Assembly: GCA_028826165.1 (NCBI GenBank)
Contig: JAPDFW010000080.1
Coordinates: 62,001 to 126,000 of the forward strand
Origin: Anaeramoeba ignava BMAN
Taxonomy: Eukaryota; Protista; Anaeramoebae
Length of the DNA: 64,000 bases
Reading direction: 5' to 3'
The notes beneath the pieces are model-generated. The model did no database searches and was not told the origin of the DNA. It saw only the letters and a program-made list of their open reading frames with translations. Below are positions 51,806 to 61,600 of the stretch, piece by piece. Within the stretch, counting starts at the first letter, position 1, and each line of letters begins with the position of its first letter. Both the position numbers and the translations under genes were made by a program.

Positions 51806-53884
51806 ATGAACTCTTTTGTGCTGTTCTTGATTTCAATCAGTTGTTTCTTTTTGATGGTTAAATCTGAATTCAATCTAAAAAGTTCATTAAATTTACCACT
51901 AGGGATTGACTATGCTCAGCAAACCTATCTTGATGAAGATGAAGGATACATTTATTTTGTTGATAAAAGACGAAATAACGACTATTTTCTTTGGAAATAT
52001 GATATGTATACCCTTGATTACTTGGATTATAGTAAAATAATTGATAATTTCGAAACTGGAGCGATTGATACTGTAAACAAGCTTCTCTATGTTGTACCGA
52101 GTTCTGGATCTCAAGTCGCCAAAATTGATTTGAATACAATGCAAGTTGTTGATAGCATAACATTAAGTGTTCCATCCTACAGTAATTCTAAAAAAGTGGA
52201 AATTGATACTCTTAACCAAAAAGCCTATGTTGGATATCGAGATCCAATTTGTATTGTTAAAGTGGATTTGGCATCATTTACTGAAGAATCAAATTTAACT
52301 CTTTCAAACGACAAGGTGACAGGATCTGTGATTGATGTTGACAATGGGATATTGTATGCTGCAACAGATTCAACTTTTGGAGGCAATGCAATAATTTATA
52401 AAATTGCATTATCAACTTTCACTCAAGTTGATTCTCTTTTAGTAAATTTATCAGGTGTATCATATTTGAGATATGGAGTGATCGATAATTCAACTCAAAT
52501 GATGTATTTTGGAACTAATCAATATCCAATGAATATTGTGAAAATCAATTTAACAGATCTCACATCAGTTGGATCAATAAATCCATCACTGCAACCATCT
52601 TGCCTAGGAACAGGGATTGATGTTCCAAATGGATTTGCTTATTTCTTATCTGAATATTATCTTTCTAAATTGGATTTAACAACTTTCACAATAGCAGATT
52701 CATATAATTTACAGAACGATTACTTTACTTCAATGGCTATTGATTCATCTGCTCAAAATGCTTACATAGCAACTAGTGAACATGAAATTTATCAAGTGAA
52801 TTTACCAGCACTTACGAATGGAAGCAAGAGTAATGATATGATTTATATTTTTGCACAATTAATTTTGGTTGATGAAACGAATCAAATTGCTTATATTTAC
52901 TTTGATAGCTATGGAGGAGTAATTGTTAAAATTAATCTTCAATCATTTTCATTTGTTGATTATTTGATTATTGGGTTGTCTCTAGATATATATGATGGAG
53001 AAATTGATAACACTAATGGATTCATTTATCTCTTCCCAGATAATGGGAATTTGGTAATTATGAAAATCAGATTATCAGATTTCTCAATTAATGAAACTGT
53101 TCAAGTAGCTTCAAGTGGATCTGTTTCATATACTTATTTTGATAAACAAAATCAACTTCTTTATGTTGTATTTCATAATAGCAGCGATAATACGCGTAAT
53201 TTGATGGAAATTAGTTGTCCTGATCTCCAAATTATTGATTCTTTGGATTTCGGAAATGTAGATGTTTCTAGGGCATTTTTTGATATTTCACGTGAATACT
53301 CTTATATTTGGTACTACAATTTTAGTGCAGTTGGTTCAAGATATTTTGTTTATAAAGTGGAATTATCAAATCTCTCTATAATCGACCAAATTGATTTAAC
53401 AGGTTATGATATTGATGAATGTATTCTTGATAAAACTGATCAACTCCTTTATATTTTGTATTATAATATTGATTACTACTTCCTTCGCAGTATTGATTTG
53501 GTTAATATGCAAGTTATGAATAATACATTAAACACAACTTATAATTACTATTTTATATTTTTAATTGAACCAAATGATGCCTTATTATTTCTTGATATGG
53601 GCTATTACAATGAATCTTCTGATGAATATGAAGGGGTGGTATTACTTCAAATTGAAGCAAGTTCAAATGAATTAATTTCAAATACATCATTTGATCATGA
53701 TTTGTTTGACTATTACGAGTATGGTTCAGACCCATCAACAAATTATGGATATCTTTTAGATTTTTCTTCAAACCCAGTTACTTTTTATCAAATTTCATTT
53801 ACAAGTCCACCTTCTTCAAGTCAACAAATTCTTTTTTCATTTTTGATTTTCGGAATAATGATTTTGATTTTGGGGTTATTTTAA
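51806..53884 (+). CDS. Array copy 6: double beta-propeller surface protein (~692 aa, start MNSFVLFL)
   Basis: Same architecture; homologous ATG chosen. Confidence 0.85.
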   Translation: MNSFVLFLISISCFFLMVKSEFNLKSSLNLPLGIDYAQQTYLDEDEGYIYFVDKRRNNDYFLWKYDMYTLDYLDYSKIIDNFETGAIDTVNKLLYVVPSSGSQVAKIDLNTMQVVDSITLSVPSYSNSKKVEIDTLNQKAYVGYRDPICIVKVDLASFTEESNLTLSNDKVTGSVIDVDNGILYAATDSTFGGNAIIYKIALSTFTQVDSLLVNLSGVSYLRYGVIDNSTQMMYFGTNQYPMNIVKINLTDLTSVGSINPSLQPSCLGTGIDVPNGFAYFLSEYYLSKLDLTTFTIADSYNLQNDYFTSMAIDSSAQNAYIATSEHEIYQVNLPALTNGSKSNDMIYIFAQLILVDETNQIAYIYFDSYGGVIVKINLQSFSFVDYLIIGLSLDIYDGEIDNTNGFIYLFPDNGNLVIMKIRLSDFSINETVQVASSGSVSYTYFDKQNQLLYVVFHNSSDNTRNLMEISCPDLQIIDSLDFGNVDVSRAFFDISREYSYIWYYNFSAVGSRYFVYKVELSNLSIIDQIDLTGYDIDECILDKTDQLLYILYYNIDYYFLRSIDLVNMQVMNNTLNTTYNYYFIFLIEPNDALLFLDMGYYNESSDEYEGVVLLQIEASSNELISNTSFDHDLFDYYEYGSDPSTNYGYLLDFSSNPVTFYQISFTSPPSSSQQILFSFLIFGIMILILGLF

Positions 53885-54347
53885 TTTTAATTCCTTTTCT
53901 TTTTTTCAATTTCTTTTTTTCAATTTCTTTTTTTCAATTTCTTTTTTTCAAGAAGAAAAATAAAAAATAATTAAAAATAGTTTTATTTTTTTTTTAATTT
54001 TATTTACTAAATTTGGAGTTTTGTTTTCAATCCAACTTTTAATTTATAGTTTGATCCTTATTAAATTAAAAAGAAAATAAATCCAAAAAATAATTAAAAT
54101 TAATTTAAAAAAAATTTTTTTTTTGTTTTGTTAATTAAAAATAATTAAAAGAAAAAAACTTTCAAAAAAAACCTTTCAAAAAAATTTTTTTTTTTTCATT
54201 TTTCTTTTTTAAAAAAGAAGTTTACTTTATTCAATCCAATTCAATCCAAGTAATTAATTTAATGCAATCCAAGTAATTAATTCAATTCAATTTTAAATTA
54301 ATTTTTGCTTTTTCTTTTTTCTTTTAAAAAAAAATAGAAATTAAAAA

Positions 54348-56426
54348 ATGAACATTGCTTTGCTTTTCTTCATTTCAATTACTTGTTTCTTTTTCTTGGT
54401 TCAATCCCAAGTTTCTATATCAAATTCTTTAAATTTTCCAATTGGAATAGATTCTAGTTATGCAAGTTTTCTTGATGAAGATGAAGGATTTCTTTATTTT
54501 CTTGATCAAAGGAGCACTGATGAAACGTATCTTTGGAAATATGATATGAATACTCTTGATATTTTGAACTATACTGATATTGGCATTAGTAATGGCAGAT
54601 ATGGAGCGATTGATACTGTAAACAAACTTCTTTATGTTGGATCTTATCCTGGAGCTCAGTTTTTCAAAATTGATTTGAATACAATGCAAGTTGTTGATAA
54701 TATAACATTAAGTGTTTCATCTTACAGTAATGCTATAAAAGTGGAAATTGATACTCTTAATCAAAAAGCCTATGTTGGATATCAAACTCCAATTTGTATT
54801 GTTAAAGTGGATTTGGCATCATTTACTGAAGAATCAAATTTAACTCTTTCAAACGACTTTATGACAGGATCTGTGATTGATGTTGATAATGGGATATTGT
54901 ATGCTGCAACAGACTCAAATCCTGTAAACGATGCAACAATTCACAAAATTGATTTATCAACTTTCGCTCAAGTTGATTCTCTTTTAGTCAATTTAACAGG
55001 CATGGCAAGATTAAATTATGGAGTGATCGATAATTCAACTCAAATGATGTATTTTGGAACTTATCAAAATCCCATTAATATCGTTAAAATCAATTTGGCA
55101 GATCTCACATCAGTTGGATCAAAAACTATATATGGCCAAAGATATTGTTATGGAGCAGGAATTGATGAAACAAATGGATTGGCTTATTTCTTATCTGAAA
55201 ATGGAAATATTAATAAATTGAGTTTGGCAACTTTCACAATAACAGAATCAAAAAATTTCAATACCACTTCGGGAGATTCAATGGTTCTTGATTCATCTGC
55301 TGAAAATGCTTACATCACATCAGATCTAGCTCAAGTTGTTCACGTAAATCTACCAGCACTCACAGAAGCAAATAGGAGTGATTCAATAGTTTATACTGAA
55401 GCCCGAGTCATTTCTATTGATTCAACAAATAAGATTGCTTATATTTACTTTAAGAATCTTGGAGGAATAATTGCTAAAATTGATCTTCAATCATTTTCAC
55501 TTATTGATTATTTGATTATTGGATTGTATGAAAATATCCAATTTGGAGAGCTTGATCTTACAAATGGATTCATGTATCTTTTCCCACAAAATGATGATAT
55601 AACAATTATCAAAATCAGATTATCAAATTTCTCATTTGAAGAATTTGTAACTGTTGTTTCGGATTTATATGTGAGAGAAACTTCTTTTGATCAACAGAAT
55701 CAAATCATTTATATCTTATCACAAGATTTCTCAAATGGTGACTACTATTTACACAGAATTAGTTCTCCTGATTTACAAATTATTGATTCTTTACTTTTGT
55801 CCGATATAAATGTTTATGGTGTGTATGTTGATTCTCCGCATGGATATCTTTATTTGTTGATTTATGATTATGCTGAAGTAGGTTCCAAGTATTTTATCTA
55901 TAAAATCGAATTAACAAATCTCTCTATAATTGACGAAGTTAATTTAACACAATATAATATTCGTGCTCCAGTTCTTGATAAAACTCATCAATTCATATAT
56001 TTTGGTGATTACAATGATTACTACTTGATTTGCCGACTTAATTTGGCTAATATGCAAGTTATGAACGACTGCTGGAACACAAGTTTTGATAATTTATATG
56101 ACTCTTTTATGATATCAAATGATGCTTGGGTATATTTTTATTTTGATTATTGCAATCCATCTTCTGGTGGATATGAAATAGCATTACTTCAAATTGAAGC
56201 AAGTTCAAATCAATTAATTTCAAGCACAGTATTTAACCAAGATTTATTTGAAAGTTATCTTTATGCTTCCGATCCATCAACAAATTATGGATATCTTTTA
56301 GATTATTATTCAACACCAGTTACCCTTTATCAATTTTCATTTACAAGTCCACCTTCTTCAAGTCAACAAATTCTTTTTTCATTTTTGATTTTCGGAATGA
56401 TGATTTTGATTTTGGGATTATTTTAA
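54348..56426 (+). CDS. Array copy 7: double beta-propeller surface protein (692 aa)
   Basis: Same architecture as the other copies. Confidence 0.85.
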   Translation: MNIALLFFISITCFFFLVQSQVSISNSLNFPIGIDSSYASFLDEDEGFLYFLDQRSTDETYLWKYDMNTLDILNYTDIGISNGRYGAIDTVNKLLYVGSYPGAQFFKIDLNTMQVVDNITLSVSSYSNAIKVEIDTLNQKAYVGYQTPICIVKVDLASFTEESNLTLSNDFMTGSVIDVDNGILYAATDSNPVNDATIHKIDLSTFAQVDSLLVNLTGMARLNYGVIDNSTQMMYFGTYQNPINIVKINLADLTSVGSKTIYGQRYCYGAGIDETNGLAYFLSENGNINKLSLATFTITESKNFNTTSGDSMVLDSSAENAYITSDLAQVVHVNLPALTEANRSDSIVYTEARVISIDSTNKIAYIYFKNLGGIIAKIDLQSFSLIDYLIIGLYENIQFGELDLTNGFMYLFPQNDDITIIKIRLSNFSFEEFVTVVSDLYVRETSFDQQNQIIYILSQDFSNGDYYLHRISSPDLQIIDSLLLSDINVYGVYVDSPHGYLYLLIYDYAEVGSKYFIYKIELTNLSIIDEVNLTQYNIRAPVLDKTHQFIYFGDYNDYYLICRLNLANMQVMNDCWNTSFDNLYDSFMISNDAWVYFYFDYCNPSSGGYEIALLQIEASSNQLISSTVFNQDLFESYLYASDPSTNYGYLLDYYSTPVTLYQFSFTSPPSSSQQILFSFLIFGMMILILGLF

Positions 56427-56519
56427 TTAATTCCTTTTCTTTTTTTCAATTTCTTTTTTCAATTTCATTTTTCAATTTCTTTTTTTCAATTTCTTTTTTC
56501 AATTTTTCAAGGAACATCA

Positions 56520-58607
56520 ATGAAAAAAATTGAAAAAAACACAAAAATTTTTTCATTTTGTACAAAAAATTCGATAAAAGATTTTAAATCTCTTGTTGAA
56601 AAAGGAGCTGATGTTAATGCAAAAAACACATACAAACAAACACCTTTGCATATTTTTTGTTTGAATCAAAATGAAAACTCACTTGAAATTATCAAATATC
56701 TTGTTGAAAAAGGAGCTGATGTTAATGCAAAAAATATATATAACCAAACACCTTTGCATTATGTTTGTAGTAATGAAAAACAAACCCAAGAAGAAATACT
56801 TGAAATTATCAAATATCTTGTTGAAAAAGGTGCTAATGTTAATGCAAAAAATAACAATAAAGAAACACCTTTGCATATACTTTGTTTAAATCAAAAAAAT
56901 GAAAAATTGTTTGAAATCACCAAATATCTTGTTGAAAAAGGTGCTAATATTAATGAAAGAAATGATATAAATGAAACACCTTTGCATTATATTTGTAAAA
57001 ATCAAAAAAATGAAAATCTGCTTGAAATTATCAAATATCTTGTTGAAAAAGGTGCTAATGTTAATGAAAAAAATAACAATAAAGAAACACCTTTACATAT
57101 ACTTTGTTTAAATCAAAAAAATGAAAAATTGTTTGAAATCATCAAATATCTTGTTGAAAAAGATGCTAATGTTAATGAAAAAAATGATATAAATGAAACA
57201 CCTTTGCATTATATTTGTAAAAATCAAAAAAATGAAAATCTGTTTGAAATTATCAAATATCTTGTTGAAAAAGGTGCTAATGTTAATGAAAAAAATAACA
57301 ATAAAGAAACATCTTTGCATATACTTTGTTTAAATCAAAATGAAAAGCTGTTTGAAATTATCAAATATCTTGTTGAAAAAGGTGCTAATGTTAATGAAAA
57401 AAATAACAATAAAGAAACACCTTTGCATTATATTTGCAAAAATCAAAAAAATGAAAAATTGTTTGAAATTATCAAATATCTTGTTGAAAAAGATGCTAAT
57501 GTTAATGAAAAAAATAACAATAAAGAAACACCTTTACATATACTTTGTTTGAATCAAAAAAATGAAAAGCTGTTTGAAATTACCAAATATCTTGTTGAAA
57601 AAGGTGCTAATGTTAATGAAAAAAATATTCAAAATCAAACAGTTTTGTTTTTTGCAATCAGAAGCGGTTATTTCAATTTGGTTCAATTTCTACTTATGAA
57701 TGACGCAAATGTATTTGATTTAGAAATCGAACACTTTGCACCTCAAATTGGTGAATTCTTCCACAAAGTTTATTCTCTCAATAACGACATGAATATTTTT
57801 TGGAAATCCAAAGATAATTTTTCAGACATCCAAATAACGTCCAATGATTTTTCTCGATTTTCTGCTCATAATCTAATTCTTTTAACAAGACTCAATAACA
57901 ATCGGTTGATTCTCCAAAAATTCATTCGTGCTTGCCAACAAAAATCAAAAGAAATTGTTCAAATTGCCTTAAATTTTCTCTATACAGGTTTTCCTGATTT
58001 CGATAACTTTATTCAAAGATTTAACAGTTTGCATCATTTCTGCAGTCAATATCAAAACCTTAAAATTAATACTTATTCTTCTAAAATTTCAGGAAATAAG
58101 TTTTTCCAAAGAAAAAAAGAAATGCAGCAGTTGAAAGAAAAAAAGTCAAAAAACAATCAAGAACAGCAAATTGTGGATGATTTTTTCAAAGAAATTGGAT
58201 TTGATTCAAAATGGATACAATCTAAAAAAGGAAGAAAAGGAATAATAAAAGATTTCCAAAAATTATATCAAGAAAATGAATCCAAAAAGGATTTTACAAT
58301 CATTTGCCAAGAAGAAAATGAAGAAAAAGAAATCAAAGCGCATAAATTAATATTGGCAATAAGAAGTGAATTATTTAAAGGAATGTTTCTGAATGTTGAA
58401 GACAATTCTAATAAAGTTCATGATTATTCTGGGAAATCATTCGAAACTATAAATCAATTAATTTATTTTTTTTATCATGATCAATTCAATCAAATCAAAT
58501 TGGATGATGAAATTATTCAAGAATTCGAAGATGTGAAAGATTTTTATCAATTAAATCAAAATTCAATAATTGATTTATTTTTAGAAGAAGAGATCTTAAG
58601 AAAATGA
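56520..58607 (+). CDS. Ankyrin-repeat plus BTB/POZ-like protein (695 aa, intronless)
   Basis: About 10 ankyrin repeats (TPLH..C...EIIKYLVEKGANVN); BTB-like FSDIQI..FSAHNLIL and KDFTII..IKAHKLILAIRSELFKGMF..LIYFFYHD. Confidence 0.9.
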   Translation: MKKIEKNTKIFSFCTKNSIKDFKSLVEKGADVNAKNTYKQTPLHIFCLNQNENSLEIIKYLVEKGADVNAKNIYNQTPLHYVCSNEKQTQEEILEIIKYLVEKGANVNAKNNNKETPLHILCLNQKNEKLFEITKYLVEKGANINERNDINETPLHYICKNQKNENLLEIIKYLVEKGANVNEKNNNKETPLHILCLNQKNEKLFEIIKYLVEKDANVNEKNDINETPLHYICKNQKNENLFEIIKYLVEKGANVNEKNNNKETSLHILCLNQNEKLFEIIKYLVEKGANVNEKNNNKETPLHYICKNQKNEKLFEIIKYLVEKDANVNEKNNNKETPLHILCLNQKNEKLFEITKYLVEKGANVNEKNIQNQTVLFFAIRSGYFNLVQFLLMNDANVFDLEIEHFAPQIGEFFHKVYSLNNDMNIFWKSKDNFSDIQITSNDFSRFSAHNLILLTRLNNNRLILQKFIRACQQKSKEIVQIALNFLYTGFPDFDNFIQRFNSLHHFCSQYQNLKINTYSSKISGNKFFQRKKEMQQLKEKKSKNNQEQQIVDDFFKEIGFDSKWIQSKKGRKGIIKDFQKLYQENESKKDFTIICQEENEEKEIKAHKLILAIRSELFKGMFLNVEDNSNKVHDYSGKSFETINQLIYFFYHDQFNQIKLDDEIIQEFEDVKDFYQLNQNSIIDLFLEEEILRK

Positions 58608-58660
58608 AAAAAAAAAAAATTCAATAAGAAAAAAAAAAGGAATTCATTTTTGTTTTTGTT

Positions 58661-61600
58661 TTAATCACTATCACCACTTTTATCATTTTCACTACTTGTA
58701 TCATTTGAAGTTGAAATATACTTTTCTTTCTGATCTTTTTTGTTATTATTTTTCTTCTTATTTTTGTTATTATTTTTCTTCTTATTTTTGTTATTATTTT
58801 TCTTCTTATTTTTGTTATTATTTTTGTTATTATTTTTGTTCTTATTTTTGTTTTTTTGAATTTGATTTGGATTTGGATTTTGATTTTGATTTTGAGAAAA
58901 TTTTTCAAGATCTTGATAAACTTGGAAATATAAATTTTGAGGTTCAATATTTTTCTTTCCTTTGGAATCAATATCTGGATTAAAATCGATTCTTTCATTT
59001 TGATTGATTAAATGAGCTATTAAAGAAACTACAGAATCTGTCATTTGAGGTTGAGCTGATAAGATGAGTTCGTTGAAAGAGTTCATATCAAACCTTGAAC
59101 TATTCGAAAACGAATTCAAATCCTTTATAAAATACTTCAAGATATCAAGAACTTGTTCTTGATATTCTTTTTGGATTGTCGCAGATGCATTAATCAATTC
59201 GACAAGAATCAAGCCAAAGCCTGAGTTTGAAAGAATTGTAAGCAATTTTTCTCCAAGAGAATGATATAGCTCAACAGGTGATTCGTAAATATTCTGAGTG
59301 TATTTTTCAAGCTCGTCTTTGATTAAATTTTTGGGGAAATCATGATCTTTTATGGATTTTCTATCGATTTCTTGAAGCAATTGAATCAATAAATTTGTAA
59401 CGTCATCAGGATTCTTTTGCTTTGGGTTTATGCAAATAAAGGGAAGAAGACCCAAAAGACACGAATAAAAATAAAATGGGATTTGATCTTGGCTTAATTT
59501 TTTAAAGATTCCTAGATCAACCAAGTCCTTCAAAATCACAAAAGTGAAGTTTGTTGTGTGCGAGTATTTCAACCCGGAAAGGACATTCAAGGGAAGAGAG
59601 TTTAGATGATCCATCTGGGTTTGGTCTTTCAGATTGGACGATATAATATCGGGGTTTTTTTTCATGAAAATGATGCAAGAATAAAGGAATTGCAACAAAA
59701 TGATGATATTGTCTTCGTTTTGGAGCTGGAAAAGAATCGAAGCCGTTCCCAAAAGAAAAGAAAAAATGTTTGCTGGTATTGCCATTGACTGTGTGATGAA
59801 ACTTAGGGTTTGGATATGCACGCCCAAACGCACGTTCAATTCCTTAGGGTTTGTTTCGGTATTTTCGGATAAGGATTTGAGAATCGCCATGATTGGATCG
59901 ACAATCGTTGTCTGTAGATTTTTGTTTAGTTGGAGTTTGTCAGCTAGAACCCGGAAAATGAAATGGGAATTTTGGAATATTTTGAGTGAATAGCAAGTTA
60001 TCCTTGTTTCGTTGTTGTCCATCAATGGTATCCATTTCCATGCCTCTTCGAGCCAATCTTCCTGCACATTTCTCTTCGTTTCATTGCTGAATTTAGTGCA
60101 TATTTCATTCATTATTTCCATGCCCTTTTTTTCAGGTAGCACGTAGTGGCTTTCAACTGGAAATTTGAATAAAGGATCCCCAAATGTTGCCAACTTTTTG
60201 ATAATTTTGTTCAAAAAACCATCTGAAAGTGATTTTTGAGAAAAATAAAGATATAACAGTTGAAGAAGTGCCGATTTCGAGTTTTCAAACAGGATCGGGT
60301 TTTCCGAATCAATATAAAGAAATAGAAAATGAAGTATTTTCGGCAAATTGTGTGTTATTTGAGATTTGGATTTCTCAATAATTGATGGAAAAATAAGCAG
60401 CGCAATCTCTCTTCTCCTTAATTTTTCCATTTTTGGATCCATCGTTGTTTCAGGCACAATTTTTTTTATTTGTTCCAAGAACTCACTTTTCAAATGCAAT
60501 GTTGAAATTTTATAGTTAGATTTAGATTTAGTTTTAGTTTTGTTTTGTTTTGGACTTACGCTGAGATTTGCAATTTTGGAGCATCAACTGGGTCAAGAAC
60601 CAATTCACGATCTAGCAAATTAAAGAAGGTTTGTGGCGAAATTGATGCCATTGCTTGGATTATAAATTTTTCTGTGTCAATAATTTTTTGATGAGGCTAA
60701 AACAAAAGAATTTGAAAATTAGAATTTGGGGATTAGAACTGAAAATAATATTTATATTTATTTACAAATTCAACAGCAAATTGGAGCATAAAATTAAATA
60801 AAATTTCAGCAGTATCTTTATTGAATGAGCATTCCCATAATTTGGATATTTCCTGAAAAGAATCTTTATCTAAAATGGAAAGTTGAAGTAAAAGTTGTAA
60901 ATTGTCGATTAGAAATGTTTCTTCATCTTCATTTTGGCGTTTTTGATAAAATATTTTTAACCAAGGACCCAAATAATTGACAATTAATTGGAAATGAGTC
61001 TAACAAAATAATTCAATTCAATTTGTTTTTTTTTATATATTCATTTTAATAAGAAAAATGATTTCTAAAAAAGTTTTCTTTCATTTACATTTTGGAATAT
61101 AGGATCAACTTTTAGTTTTTTTAGTTTTTTTCTTAAGCCAATCAAAATCTGCAAATTTTTGGTGATAAATTCAGCTAAAAAGGAAAAATTAGATTTCTTC
61201 TTTCGAGCAATTGCAGAACTTAATTCGACCTGATAAAAAAAAAAAAAGAGAGAATTTGATAAAATAAATAATTAAATAGATAAAATGAGATTAAGATACG
61301 GTGTTTTCAAGAAGTTCTCTTGGGTTTTCAATGGGAGCAAAAAGATTAATTTTCGGAAAATTTAAATTTAGTGAGAATTCTTGTTGAATGAAATGGAAAA
61401 AATTTTGGGTCAATTTGCGCGTTTCATGATTTGATAAATTGAAAAGTAGAAAAGCTACTATATAAATATCAGACTCGTCGAAATTTCTCTTATATTTTTG
61501 ATATCTTTCGAAAATGATTTCCCCAAAAACAGCAGCAATAAATCCATCGGTTGCACGATACACTTGTTTTGCAATTTGGAAGGTGAGATCTTTGTCATTT

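Noticed and set aside
36902-56426. Diversity-generating retroelement or transposon-driven array
   Set aside because: No reverse transcriptase, transposase, recombinase or template repeat is visible in the window, and variation includes indels spread over the whole gene
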